A DNA stretch of 64,000 nt from Amphiscolops sp. MND2022 (GCA_964187785.1 OZ076409.1:80416001-80480000); one strand, 5' to 3'; shown: positions 25,201-39,001, numbered from the stretch's first letter. Notes: generated by a model not told the origin, from the sequence alone. Numbers and translations: made by a program.

Positions 25201-28200
25201 AAAAAACTTTTCAGTAATTCAGTGAGAAATTATTATGAAAAGAAGAAAATTAAGCAAGCAAAAAACAGAAAAATGTGAAAGTTCTAACGAGAGACCAGAT
25301 TTTGAGAAAAAAAAACATTTAAAATGAGTCGAATCGCATAATTTACGTCGGTTTATAGTTTTTTTCTCAATCATGGAAATCAATTTTGAATGATACCATA
25401 GATTTGAAAGATTTTGAAGCTTTTTTAACGCTTTGAAAATGAAATGCTTTTGAAAAGTTGATTGTCACATGAAAGGAACGCACTAGTCTTCCCACTAGAG
25501 AAATTGCATCCTCGAACAGGAAATAGGTGACCTCAAATTAACGTTTAACCAAATCGGAACTCTCAGAATTTTTTCTAGTTTCTCAAAATCGGAATTGGTC
25601 AAGCCAACTCCCTCGATAATGGAAGCTGCTGCAACAAGTGTCTACGGTTCTGACTATTTTAATGCCCAGTTTATATTTCGTTTCAGAATAGTTCAAAAAA
25701 TTTCGTCCAAAAATAGATGTAATGCAAGTTGAATTAAGGAATTTTTCTACAAAAAGTACAAAAATAGTATCTGAACTTACTATTCATTTTGCGGAATGTT
25801 ATTTGAATCAAAATCGATGAAGATGTAACTTTCATAATTTCCAATATGAAGCAGAAAGAATTTCCTAAAAATTTATGTTTTAGAAGGCAGAATTTCAACA
25901 TGCTTTATCAAGTGTAGTTTTAGTTTGAATTTAAAACTTACGTGCGATGAATAAATATATCACAAGCAAAATCTAGTTTGAAAGCGTTTGAAGCTCTGTC
26001 AAGTTGAAATGGACGAAGTTTGTAAAACTTAGTTCAAACTTAATCATGGGGTATCAAAAAACGAGCTAGCCTTTTTGAAAGGACAGCGTGAAAACTTTGC
26101 CACAGAAACATGGCAAAATGGTTTCAAGATTATTGGAGACTATTGGTTCTTAAAATGTCTGTAAGTTCCTCAAGCTTTCGCAATCGTGAACTAAGATTAT
26201 GATCTGTTTCTTGCTGTATACAAAGATATTCACAACTCCTAATTATAGGTCAACAAGGTGACAAGTATAATAAATTAGAATAAAAAACCTGTTCTAAATT
26301 TCTTTACTGGGTGACATATTGTTGAAATTGAGTCAAATGGTTTTTGTATGGTTGAAAAATTAGGTTGACCTGAAAAGGCAGACGACTACCTTTTCTAAGA
26401 ATTATAATAGTTGATATTCCACAATTTTTATCCTCAGATATGTTAGAATGTTTTATTCGACTGTTATGTGTATGCAATAAGCTATATGCAAAGTACAAGT
26501 CCTTGAAATTTGACAAGAATTTGAAACACTTTTTGAGGACTTTTAAGATTCTGTGACTGATTGAATGTTGTTGAAGATTCATCATAGTCCAAGTGTGGGT
26601 TTGTGCGTGTGTATCTTGTTGATCTCAAGATGACAAGTCGAATAACGAAGTTCCTTAGATGGGGTTTGCATAATTAGGAGAAAGACAGATGAATTGGCAT
26701 ACCTGTATGAAGGAAACAGCATAAAGAGACAGAAAAACGAAGTATATAACGGTTATTTGGCAATAACCAGCAAAATCTGAGATAAAATCTTGGTGAACAC
26801 AGTTTTCTATATTTTCTAATATTGCGATCAGATGATAAGCAAAAAAAATAGGGTTAAAGACGCTGGTTTTGATAATAAAATCACAAATTTAAGACGAAAA
26901 ATAGAATACTAGATATTTGTGTCTTTGTCCAATAACTTTTCACGTAATGCAAACTGTTGTCACTTTTTGAGGGAACCCAGTGAAAAGGTATCTTTGGGAG
27001 TTTTTTTCGAAGGAGCCAATTTGAAATTCACCAAAGGATGCTCAATTTGACAGTTTGATCAAACGGTTATTGGGTCTGTACATGTAGCAAAATTGCTGGC
27101 GTGAAATTATTAAGTCATCAGCACCGTTCTGTGACTTCTTTGCACGCCGGGCACCCTCGCTTATGAGTGAGGGAATTGTGATGCAAGGTGTGATAAGGAA
27201 AAGGGGGAGATAGGTAGCACATGTGATCACGTGACTGCCACGTGACCTGACAGGTTAATGATGCTTTTATTTGAACAGCAGAGAGAACACCAACAGCATA
27301 GCTGTCCGATGTGTAGTATCACCCGGGTATGGACTTCTATCTTCTGGGTTGGGTACACGGGCATTCAGGGGTTCATTCAGGGATTCCCTGTGAAGCGGGA
27401 GTTATGGGAATCCGACTTGACAAGACCAGTCAAAATTTCGAACCAGTAGAAATGATTCTCTGCTACTGCATCAGTGGTAGCCTTTTCTCTTTTTGTCTTT
27501 ACCACCAAGTAACAGTCTGCCTCATCTTTATGTAGGGAGAAGCCTACACTGGCATACAAATGGTGTAAGATGCGTTTGTATTGTATCCCAAATGACTTGA
27601 AGCAATTGTGGGCAAGTTGAAAATATCATTTGTTTCCAGGCACACAATTGTTAACACACTTTTTAGCGCAAGATGAATGATACTGAGAAGCTCCGGTTTA
27701 TTTCAAACCGCCAACCCAATTAACCACCTTTAGTCGTCGTCGCCCCCTAACGTCTGCGTCCAGTATACCTGCACAGCGCCTCTACATCCACCTAGCGCCT
27801 CTTCCCGGCATCGTGTCTCCTGTACATCTTCTCAGACTGCGCGGGGCGTCTTTGAAGCAACGTATTCCCAGGACACACAACAGCAAATTTTATTTTCTTC
27901 GATTCCCCTTCGACTCGCCCTTTCCCGGGCTTTTCAATTTTCTTTTACCTTCTGATGGTAAGAGGAAAGCCAAAGAAGAGCAACCGTGGAAAGAACAGAG
28001 CATAGACCTGTAAGCTGCAATGGAGTATTGAGCCCCCCTCATCTCACCTTGCTAAGACGAATGGTGACCGTTAGACTGATAAATATCCATCTAATTGATT
28101 GCCTCCACAATTGGCAAGAAGCTCTGTCTTTTCTGGGATAAATTAAGCCATATGCATTCACATATCTCCACTTGGCCGCAGGAGGGCTCTGTGTTCAGTT

Positions 28201-28852
28201 AATGTGCAAGATTTAATAAAAACTTAGTGCTACTTTCCCTGAGGAACGAAGTTAATTACGACATAGAAAATCCCAAAGACACGGAAACATGTTCCAGTCC
28301 AATTACTAGTCTCAAAATGACTCCAATAAACGGGATCCTGCAGAAAAAGCGATAATTGCAATGCAACATTAATAGTTAATTTATACCAACTGAGCACCAA
28401 TTAAGGAAAAGAGAAGCAGTATTCTAAAAATCATTCGTGGTAATTCTGGTACAATTTTGTAAAGACTGCATCACAAAATTGCACATAGAATCAAAGCAAA
28501 TTATGTTGAAACAACTCAAACTTTTCCACTGAAGTACAGTTGCTCGAAAACGACAAATTTGCCTCAAAGTAGGGGGTTGCCTTGTTACTAATACGAGATA
28601 TGAAAACAATTTTACAACTTCGTGCTAAAAGTTTCATGAAAATGTTAGCTAACCGTCTCTTCTAAAAACATACGCATACATAAGCAATAATACTCTGAAA
28701 TACGTCACCAAAAATTTCAATTTTGGATAAAACCATTAACTATGTGAACGCACTTTAAAAATGCAAGAATCACAAATTTTGTTTGCCTTTTTACAACGAT
28801 GTGCTAATTCTATGTCCAGAGTGCAGCATTTTTTGCTCATTTTCCACATGGA

Positions 28853-29318
28853 AACAAGACAGGAACATCTAAACTCGGCGCTATATCTAAGGCTCAAAAA
28901 TCGCAAGTTTGAAATATGCGTACGTTTTCATGAAAAACTCCTGTTTTCGGACCTCCGCCTTCTCCTTACTAAAACGCAATATAAAGTTCGGATATAGCGC
29001 TTAACTCTGAATATTACGAGGGGGGACTTCAATAATATCGAAGGGGTCACCCTTTGAAGACAATAAAAATTTCGAAAAAAAAGTCAGCGCCGAAAAAAAA
29101 ATTGAAAGGGGGACCCTTTAGTCTCGTCCGGTTTTGTATGTTACGATTAAAAAGTTAAAATTGAAAGGGGGGCCCTTTGCGATAACTTAGATGCGTTTCC
29201 CGAGTATTCGTTTAGTTGAACAAACTGAACAAAAATTTCGTCGCTTCGAGTCTGTCTTAAAAAAGGAGTGACTGTAATAGTCGGGTTCTTTTACTAATAA
29301 AAGCGCCGACCAAAAAAC
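28853..29318 (-). mobile_element. Family A Helentron-like element
   Basis: AACAAGACAGGAACATCT...TCGGCGCTATATCTAAGGCTC at left; AGTCGGG...GCGCCGACCAAAAAA at right. Confidence 0.85.
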
Positions 29319-30159
29319 TTCTTTCAGCTTCCTTTCCCCCAAAAATTTGTTCCAATTTTAAAGCAAAAGATACTGCTAGTTCGACAGTTTTCAACAATTC
29401 GAAGAATTTAGGTTCGTAGCAGTTGTTTTTGTGAAGACAATAAACATTTCTGGTGAAAAACTCATAAATTGAAAAGGGCCCCACGAAAGCGCAAAAATAT
29501 ATATAAAAAACGTTTTTGGCAACTTTGTTATGAAGTTTTACGTTGTTATCATTATGAAAATGCGGAGTTCAAATACGAAGCAACCATTGGGCTCGAAAAA
29601 AAAGATTTTTTTTAAAAGAACATCAAATATCTAGAACGTTGAAAAAAGCAATAGTGGGATCCTTCAGTCTCGAAAAACGTGGTTTTATTTTTGAAAGTTT
29701 CAAAAAAAGTTCAATAGTAAAAAAATTGCATCCACCGATCCGGCAATGTTTAGTAAACAGAAACACTTTTAGTCCTGAGTAGGGTTCGGACTGGCTGGGC
29801 ATCCTAACCACTAGGCCAAGTAACAATTGAGCGGAATGATTAATCTCTTGCAACAAAAAAGTTGACTTTGTGAGAGTCGAGCACTCTTCGTTACAAAAAG
29901 TTCCAGCTGAAAACATGCACAAAACGCCATGTGTGAGAGTGGAATCGAAATTCTTATGCCGAACGACGGCCAAGGACTCAAAAAGCGCAAAAATGCTCTA
30001 GGACATCCAAAATTCCTTTTGAGGACTTCTCAATTGTCACATAGTCGGAAAACTGAAAAAAAAGCCACGGAAACAGTGAATGTGCTGCTTTGTGATACAT
30101 AAACCAACAACTTCCAAACTCAAAAGTAAAATCATAAATTGTATCAAGTAACTATACCA

Positions 30160-30490
30160 CCCTGGTACTTCATTATATAACTCACAATTAATCACTACCA
30201 GTTTACAACGCCTGTGATTCTTCTCGGAATAATAAAAATACAACTACACAGTTTGGATTTGCATGACCCTTCAATTTTGTATTTGAATGCAGGCTAAACT
30301 CTCGGCGTAGGAATAATTACCGCTCGTTCGTTTCATCACAAAGAACTCAACATACGGATTGTTAACACCAGTTTGCTTTATCACAGTGAAACTGATATTC
30401 GAATGATCAACACTCGTTCTCTTTATCTCGATGAGCTCGGCGTACGAACGAACAATACTCAGGGGCTGTTCGCTTCATCACACGAGAAGT
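30160..30490 (-). mobile_element. Partial family B element
   Basis: CACAATTAATCACT..CAGTTTACA..GCC..GATTCTTCTCGG block shared with ~50320 and ~62300; repeated TCGTTCG(C/T)TTCATC motif. Confidence 0.6.
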
Positions 30491-30811
30491 AGATATATAT
30501 ATATATATTCGCTAAATACGTGGAGTAGCACACTTGGCTAACGAAAAGTGTCAGTTCTGAAAAATCATTTTCGATTTTTATTATTTTTCAGCTTGCTCCG
30601 AAGTGTTAAAAACATAAACAAGAAAAAAGGAACATGACACCCAAAGAACTGAGTATCTTGTTACTAAAAAGAGATATTGTGTTATGTGGCTATTCATAGC
30701 CTAACCTCGGGGTGAGATATTACATCATTCAAGTTTAATCATCTACAAATAGCAACAAGAATACAAATTCATACCATATATGAATTATATATCATAAATC
30801 GCACTTTTGCT

Positions 30812-32405
30812 TAGGGTTGTTAGATTTAAATCAATTGATTTATGTCATTGATTTAAATCATGATATAAATCAAAGCTGTGCGTGAAAAAATCCGATTTAA
30901 ATCAAATGTTTTAATTGACCAATAGAAAGTCAGCAAATATCACATGCATCATTTCACACATAACAATGTTAAAATTCCTTGTTTCTTATAAAAAATATGT
31001 CAACTTTACTTGAAAGAGGGAAGCTGATAATTGTTATAACTTATATATTTAGATAATACTATTAGCATTTATTTTACCTTCTATATCGTACGTATCATTT
31101 CAGATTGAAATGTTAGGACGAAAACAAGACAATATTTGGAAACATTTCGAACGTTGAAAAAAGGTATACCCATAGTTTTGAGCAGCATTTCAAGTGAATT
31201 TAAATCAATTGGAACCACATTCGCTAAGTAATTGTTTGCTCAAGGAATTGCATTTCAGGAGAACAATAAAGGATTTTGGGCTATTTGAAGCCACTGCCAA
31301 CACGAAATGCAGGGAATTCCTCAGCGATTGAAGGCGCATTTTGGCAAATGTCATGAAAAAGAAGATGATTGTGTCGAAGAAATTCATGTACGGATGCTCA
31401 GCTAATATATTGAATCTTCTTGCGAAGGATTTGAATATGCCAGCGGTTGTTTCCAAGGTAGTCGAAGTCAACAAGTACTTTCAAAACCACAAAAACCATT
31501 CAGCCTGGTTCAAGGAGAAGGGCGCTAAAAAATTACAATTGCCATCAGATGTGCGCTGGTACAGCATAGTACAGACGCTAACGTCCTATTTAGAAGCATG
31601 GGCAGACCTTTTGAATATTGTCGATGGTCACCGAGATTACATTCCGAATGATATCAAAAGGCATGTTTCAGATATCAATTTGAAACGAAACGTTGAAGAT
31701 CTGGCTGTTATCATGAGAGCAATTGCTAAAGACATTGGGAAGATGGAATCATCAAAATGTAATTTGGCAATAGCCGTTAGTACCTGGCATGATGTTACAG
31801 CTGAATCGAACGAAGTTGTGCCAATAAATATGCAAGTGAACATCGCGAAGCGCAAACAACAGTCCTTGTCAAGTGTTCATTACCTCTGCTTCCTTCTCGA
31901 TCCTCGATTTGTCACCATGGATATTCTGATGCAAGATAAGAAAAATATGGCATTTGAGCTTGCTCGAGAATCGCATTCCGATATGCTGGCGACGATAATG
32001 CAATTCAAGGTTAAAGAGGGACCCTTCAACGCCCATTATTTTGAAGCAGCATCATCGATATCGCCAGCAGCTTGGTGGAAGCTGATACCAATTGATCCAG
32101 ATCTGAGTGAAATTATCCGAAGGATTATTGCATATTCCCCATCAACAGCGCTTCTAGAGCGTCTTTTTTCAAGTTTTGGCATGATCCATACAAATGTGAG
32201 AAATCGACTGGGCGTCGAAAAGGCCGGAAAACTCATTTTCTGTTTCAAAGTTTTAAATCTATAACTTTTGATGCAATTTAATTTTGCAAACAACGCACTT
32301 TCATTAAAAAAATGAAAAAATCGTCATTTTTGATTTTAACCGGATTGAAATTAAAAGAATCGGATTTTTTGATTTTTCAAAACAATTCGATTGTTTACAA
32401 CCCTA
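30812..32405 (+). mobile_element. hAT DNA transposon, internally deleted
   Basis: TIR TAGGGTTGT / ACAACCCTA, perfect 8-bp TSD CTTTTGCT (30804-11, 32406-13), subterminal GATTTAAATC palindromes. Confidence 0.95.
31110..32264 (+). pseudogene. hAT transposase, truncated (C-terminal 307-codon ORF 31341-32264)
   Basis: BED-like start MLGRKQDNIWKHF at 31110 then a stop. CxxH-like CSAN, VRWYS, LDPRF, WW and hATC dimerisation motif STALLERLFS in the long ORF. Confidence 0.9.
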
Positions 32406-32758
32406 CTTTTGCTAGATGTTTTCATGCTACATACTGAATATTCAAATGCAAGTCTCTGAAATAGAGAAAATGGACGACAAGTCGTCTTAATTACAGCGCA
32501 AATAAAATAACTGCGAATCCAACGATATGATTGGCTGGTACAACTGCGGACAACGTGGCAACCGGGCTAGTTCATTTGTACAGTTGAACGTTTTTTCTAT
32601 CAATATTACAGTTATTTCAGTTGTTTCCAATCTAATTCAACAATATTTTACCACAATATTAGTTAAAGCTGTAGAATATAGCACCCGTTCATGAGAGTAA
32701 TATTATTAGCACTATTATAAACAAAAAACAACGTAACTAAAAAAATATTTAAAAAATT

Positions 32759-33086
32759 GGTACTCCTGACTAAGTGTGGTCCCTACAAAACTTATGCAGC
32801 CGACATGAAAACTCCTGACTAAGTGTGGTCCCTAGAAGAGGTTAGCATATTTGTTGTATGGCTCGGTCGCTTCGCTCCCTTCGCCAAGTAGCAACATTGA
32901 GGCATGGCCATATGGCACGTCGCTCCGCTTCGGTTTGCTCCTGCGTTTAGGGCACTAGGGATATGTGAACATAGCTGACGACGTAATAATAAAATTCCGA
33001 CAAACTATGCAGGGACCACACTTATAAAATAGGGACCACACTTAGTAAGGAGAAATCGCTTGGGACCACACTTAGTCAGGAGTACC
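32759..33086. mobile_element. Merlin-like MITE
   Basis: 25-bp perfect TIR GGTACTCCTGACTAAGTGTGGTCCC; 8-bp TSD AAAAAATT; subterminal repeats of the TIR motif (2 left, 3 right). Confidence 0.85.
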
Positions 33087-34705
33087 AAAAAATTTTTTTC
33101 ACATTGAGATGGGTAGCTCCTATCAGTTTTGTAATTGCAGAGGGGCCGACGACACGAGACCAAAATCGTCACCTGGGGTGAACACCCGGAGGGGCAGTAC
33201 TGAGTTCCTTCAGGTGATATTTGATGACAATTACCGTCGCAGCAGTTTTTGAAATAGTTTCAAAAATCATACAATGCGAGGAATCTAAAGGGTGACCAAT
33301 TGATTGAATGGGAAAAACTGTTGAACAGGTACGAAACAATTTCGCAACGGGTTCTCGTTGCTCCTATAAAGCTTTTGAAGCTCCAGTAAAAACGTACCAC
33401 TAGCGGAAGTCTGTGGACAGTGGTCCATCCAAACAGATTATGTCAGTTTTTTTTCACGGTTTGTATTCTTTAATTAAACTCGATTCAAGAAAATTGAAGT
33501 CAATTGAAAACAACAAAAAAGAAATAGTTCAGCTAAGAGAAGATGTTAATACTCTAGTTTCAACCAAATTGAAAGTCGTCCTAAATGCACCATTTTCACA
33601 TCTAGAAAAACATGGAGACAGTATCCAATCAATCCAAAAACGCATTTTAAGGGAGACTGGCAATCTACACGGTTTTGAGCACAATGGAAAAATAGAGACG
33701 AAGGCATGGTAAATTAGCGTAGGCGACACTCGGTAAGTTTTTCGCTGCCAACAAACACTTATTCCAGCAATGTGTAATATTTCACAGTGCATGAAAAGTA
33801 CTAACAGTAAAATCCTCAGTTTCTTCTTTTCCTTCTTTTTCAGATTTTAAAGACTTTATAACAATGGCTTCCAACAATATGAAGACTTTTGATCGTTAAA
33901 CGGAGTCAACTTTATGCGTTCTCGTTATTTATTCTTTTTCCTTTTTATCACATCACTACTTACATTGAATGATGCTTTTTTTGAACAGTTGTCAATGACT
34001 GCTCTGATTAGGTTTTTTTGCCTAGCGGATGAAAAACAGGCTCACAGGCAGAAATCCATTGCTTCAATTTTTAATCATGGTCCGTTCTAGTTGGCGTTTT
34101 TAAATGCGACGCGACTATCATAGGCTCTTTTTAACTTAGTGTTTTTCTTCAATCTAGCCGAATTGATATACCAATTCGGGCCGAATCCCAAAGTTCCAAA
34201 ATTCAAATAGTATAGTATCACTCATAGTTTCACATAATTGTTCATGATAAACAGAATTAGATATTTATTTTCGGAACTTAGCTACATTTTTTTCAAAATA
34301 TTAATTTTCAAAGAGCATTTTTTCATTTTGATAGTTACGGCCAGGTAATGCGGTTTAAGGAAAAAGGGTCACATACTGCTGTTACCGCGCTAACGCATAA
34401 TTTAGGCATACATGGTCGAAGGGCTTGCCTCGGATAGTACATCCTCTTCTCCCCGAAAAGAAAATGGAATGTAATCAGCTGTTAGAAGTTGTTGAAAAAC
34501 AATTTGAGAAAAAAAATGTTTTTTTTTTCGAAAAACAGGTGGAAAATTTTTTTGAATAGAGTTAAAAGACACAAAATCTGTTGATGCACTTCGAAACTGC
34601 AGATAAACACGTTCTCATCTGTTCTGTTAATATCTCAATCGCTTTCAGATGAGACAAAGTCTCGATTCCTCCATTTTTCACATTCTTCACAACTCCCAAT
34701 CTCAC

Positions 34706-34804
34706 CTTCAAAAATCTCACGCTCCTCACACTATCTAAACAAGGGCTTTTCGCCTGCATTCGCTTAAATTCCTCGTTGGGTGTCATTTCTCGGCTTTGAG
34801 AGGC
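34706..34804 (-). CDS. Candidate internal exon (ASQSREMTPNEEFKRMQAKSPCLDSVRSVRFLK)
   Basis: Strong pyrimidine-rich acceptor TTTGTTTCAACTTCAG and GTGAGA donor; 99 nt, phase 0, compatible with the 43284 donor. Confidence 0.45.
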
Positions 34805-35914
34805 CTGAAGTTGAAACAAAAACAAATTTCCGAAATTTTGCTTTTCGCTCGGAACGCTGAAACCTCTTAAAAAGGTCAAAGGGTCTTGCTCGACAGTAAT
34901 TTGGGCAGGGGTTGTCTCCGGAAAAAAAATTGGGAGAAAACGGCTGAGATAATCTGAATTTTCGAAAAAAAATCTTAAAAATCACTCGAAAAAAAACGGT
35001 TATGTACCCAAGAGTCCAAGTCAGATTTCTGGAAAATTTTAATTTCACACAAATTGTTCTCGCTCTTTGTTCTTGTGATAAAACAAGAGAAAAATTGTGG
35101 TTTTTGTATATCTGGTAATAGAAAAGGCAAAAAACATCCAAGGGAAAAGGGTTCACTGTGGCACATGTTTGAAGTACTCTTCTTTTTTTTCGACTTTCGC
35201 CGTTCCCAGCTTGTTTACCTTTCCAAAATATATGGAGATTTTTTGATTCTAAACAATGTGGATTTATATACTATACAAACGGAAATATAACAGTTTTTTC
35301 TAATTGTTAAACCTCAAAAACATTTAATCCCTCCGATAATCTTTGACATTGTGCAACGTTTTCTCATTTCGTCAAAAAATCTTCCAGTTAGGCTGAAAAA
35401 CTTTTTCGCATCCAGCGGTTTTCAACAATGAGTTCTTCGGCTTGTTGCGGCGTTTTTTTCAGAGAAGTTCAATTCATCAATTTGGTTTTTTAACGTTTTG
35501 AGTTGAAGCAAAGCTTTTTTTGAACGCACAAACTACCCTGTGTGTACTGTTTAGCTAAATCGGAAAAAGTTTCCCAATAAATTTCCCCCAGGAATTTTTT
35601 GAAAAAATATCGGTGACACCTTTTTCGTCACAATTTTCAAGTTTTTTTGTTAAAAAACTTTTTTCGAGTCCTAGGGGTGGCATCTTTGGTTATTTGTTGG
35701 TTCTGTGTGGCTTTTCTGGCACCGTGTGACTTTTTGTTGACTAGTCATTGTGAGGACTTAAAACTTAGCAACGACTTATCTGGAAATTAGCCTAAAATTT
35801 TACCACTAAGAACTCCACTTCTTGGAGTTTTGAGTTTCCCAAGTTGTCTGTATGCAAACGGGAACCTTGCCTTCCAGTTTTACGTCAATTGAAAAAATAA
35901 ATTGCTTCAGATAG

Positions 35915-37822
35915 TGTCGCAGGCTGCCGCCTGTGACGGAAATAATTATACTACAGCGGCAGGAGAACAAGACCCGACACCAAGAACACTACCAATATAC
36001 TGAATAGGAGCTATGGACTTTAGAAACTTGTCCTTATTCAGCGTTAGTTGTTATTTTGTGTATTCATGTAATAGTTTCATATTTAGATGAAGTTAATATT
36101 AGTCCGTTAAAATTATACAATTTGGAAATATCCAAATTAGGCTACTTTGTAAAAGTGTGCAGTTGAGATGTACGTAAATCGTTGAATCAAAAGCAGTATT
36201 ACTAGAAGCAACTGTAAAGCGGTATAGGAAACGAGTTCAAGTGACGCCCCGCGATAATCTAAAAACGTCACTTGAGCTCATTTCCTAACCAATCACAGCG
36301 CTTCAATTCACGAGTGCTATATGACTTTGTTTTGGTAGCGGCCAAATATGGCCAATTGACCTAATGTCCACGGATTGTTTTATGCTTTGGTCAAATGGCC
36401 GGTTTAGGCCGTCTTAATGTAACGAATGATGCTGGATTATTTGTACCCATAATTAACCATATTGGTTGGGGACTATTCTAGAAGTGCTTTAATATTAAAA
36501 TAATACCAGCGTACCCCTCAACGGGCCAAATGAACTGAACGCTGATCAAAGGCCGAATAAGGCCTTTTACCTTGTCTCCCCTTAGTATTGTACTATTAAT
36601 CAGGATTTGGCCAATTTCGGCCCTTTTAGGAAATACCCTATTCTAGTGATATTTAAATAGATTGGGCATGTATTCTTTGAATTTGCTTCCCCCTACGTTG
36701 ACCTATAGCCACGTGGTGGCACGTGCTAACACTGCATACCAGTGCTACGAGCCTCGCATTCCATCAACAAGCTTAACATTTGTTGACATTGCAATAATAA
36801 TATGTAGAATAGATATGTTGTTTGAAGTACCGTTAAGAATATTTACCATTATGTTAATTGTTTGGTGTTGCATTTCGGGAGACAAACATGTCAGGAATTC
36901 TCCCAATCAGGATTTCACAGAAATATGTGATTGATGTTTTCCGATGATATGGAAAATATGTAAACAGGGATTCTTATGGTGCAGATACCTTTCAAAACCA
37001 TACCTGTTAAATACCAGAGATATGTAAAAATCAAGTGCATTACATACCTTACAATGTCAATCTTGGATGAAAATATGTAAAATATGTGAGTGTCACCCGC
37101 TCAGGGGTATAAATACCGGTGTTTGGCCTGAGTGGGACACAATTCATATTATACGACTCTAGAAAAGATTGATTTCCAAACGGCTTCGCTGTTATTTCCG
37201 TATTGATTAATTTATTATTGATTCGGATTTGTTTCAATGCCCACCACTAGAAAGCAAAAGAAAGCAAGGAAGTCTGGAGGACTTGAAATGTTATCCGATA
37301 TTGAAAATCTGGATATCATGTTAGGTGAGAACCATTTTGGTACCCAGGAAAGAGAAGGTAGCTTGAATAGCAATCTACCTAGAAGATCGAGGAGTTTTGC
37401 AAGTAATGAGTTCGAAAATGAAGACGGAAACGGAGGTAGACCCAAGAGAAATTTTGACTCTAGGATGAATGCCGAATGTGGCCGCAATTTTGTCACAGGT
37501 GATTCTAGCGCTGAAATAAACAGGTTGTCCAGCGAATTAAATTCTCGTATTTCACGTGAAATGGACGAGATGACGAATTCTGTGAGTGTCCAAATATAGA
37601 GAGCCATAAGCGATGCGATAAGTACTCAAGTACTTCCCCAAATCCAAAATGTTATTATGGCCAGACCAGGACATGGGACCAGAAAAGGATGGGACGCTCT
37701 GACCGAGAGACCGGAACTAAATTCCGAAGTTCAGCGAAATCTTAACGCAAAGAGTAGCTTAAGAAATGAACAATATGAGAATCAATTGAACAATGATTAC
37801 CCTGAGCTAAATGCTCATGACA
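35915..37822 (+). mobile_element. Solo-LTR-like insertion (1908 bp)
   Basis: TGTC...GACA termini flanked by identical 5-bp GATAG (35910-14, 37823-27). Confidence 0.75.
37237..37822 (+). pseudogene. Gag-like N-terminal ORF inside the LTR-like element
   Basis: MPTTRKQKK...SVQI, one TAG at 37597-99, then the same frame continues RAISDAISTQVLPQIQN...YPELNAHD to the element's last base. Basic N-terminus plus coiled-coil-like segment. Confidence 0.6.
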
Positions 37823-38801
37823 GATAGTTTCGTCAATCATTAATGACAAACGCTTCGTTCCAATATTCCCTAAAGAAGCTGTCAGAGCACAATTCAATGT
37901 AAAAGTAAAGCGTTCTCTCCTTGAAAAAAGCAAAAGTAATCATCTTCTAGTTGAAATTCGGGAAATCGTTTTAAAACTGCCCATGATTTAATGATGTTTT
38001 TGAACCAGAACCAACGCGTTTAGGCCTTGAAATACTTTGTCATCGATTTTCTTGTCTTCTATTTTCTCAAAACCAAGCTCGAAGTCAAGTCTTTTGCAGC
38101 GGTCTCCTAGCTTCCTTTATGGTCTATTTAATTGCTTTTCTCCCGTTGAAGCCAAACCCATTTTAAGGTTTGCACATAAGTAATCAACTTGTTGTTGCCA
38201 AAATAAACTCAAGTAAGTCTGTTTATTTGTGACAAAACAAATCTCTCAAGAGACTTCGCATGGAAAGGCGTACGAAAGCTTATCCCATGTGGGAAAAATG
38301 GCGCCCTGGAAAAGGTAATCTTTAGGCAGCAATGAGATACGCGACCTTTTTCTTCACAAAAATATGAAAAACATTTTTGTTATCATTTCGTTTCTTTTTC
38401 AAAAACGACCAATTTTTGGTCGCTTTTTGGCAGATTGTTGTTAAGTATTTCAAAAAGGCAATGAATACTTTTTCTTGTCTGAGCTTCATTTCAGTTTTAT
38501 CGGAGTTCTTTTTTGATCAATTCTCATCATTTTTCGCCTGAATCAACTGGGTTTCTGAAACGCTATTTCCACTTGGCCTAGAGGTTAGGCTAGGGTTTCT
38601 TTGCGTGAATGCGTTTCTTCGCGAGCACATGGGTTCGAGTTTTCCCCAATCTCATTTTCGTTGAAGTATACAAAAAATATCACAGTGCCACTGCGCTTAC
38701 TCTTCACGATTTTCTCAGCCATCTAGTACAACTCTATTTAGGTTGCGTCTTCGTCGTGATGTTTGGCTTGGTGTTGTTTTGTGTGAAAGTAAACGCTTGC
38801 C

Positions 38802-39001
38802 NNNNNNNNNNNNNNNNNNNNNNNNNNNNNNNNNNNNNNNNNNNNNNNNNNNNNNNNNNNNNNNNNNNNNNNNNNNNNNNNNNNNNNNNNNNNNNNNNNN
38901 NNNNNNNNNNNNNNNNNNNNNNNNNNNNNNNNNNNNNNNNNNNNNNNNNNNNNNNNNNNNNNNNNNNNNNNNNNNNNNNNNNNNNNNNNNNNNNNNNNNN
39001 N
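38802..39001. other. Assembly gap
   Basis: 200 N. Confidence 1.

Noticed and set aside
25960..26166. Plus-strand exon-like stretch ending IGDYWFLKC|GTAAGT
   Set aside because: In-frame stop and no partner exons found; a family cannot be supported.
32759..33086. CRISPR-like repeat/spacer appearance
   Set aside because: Repeats invert at the centre, are bounded by a TSD, and there are no cas genes; this is a MITE in eukaryotic DNA.
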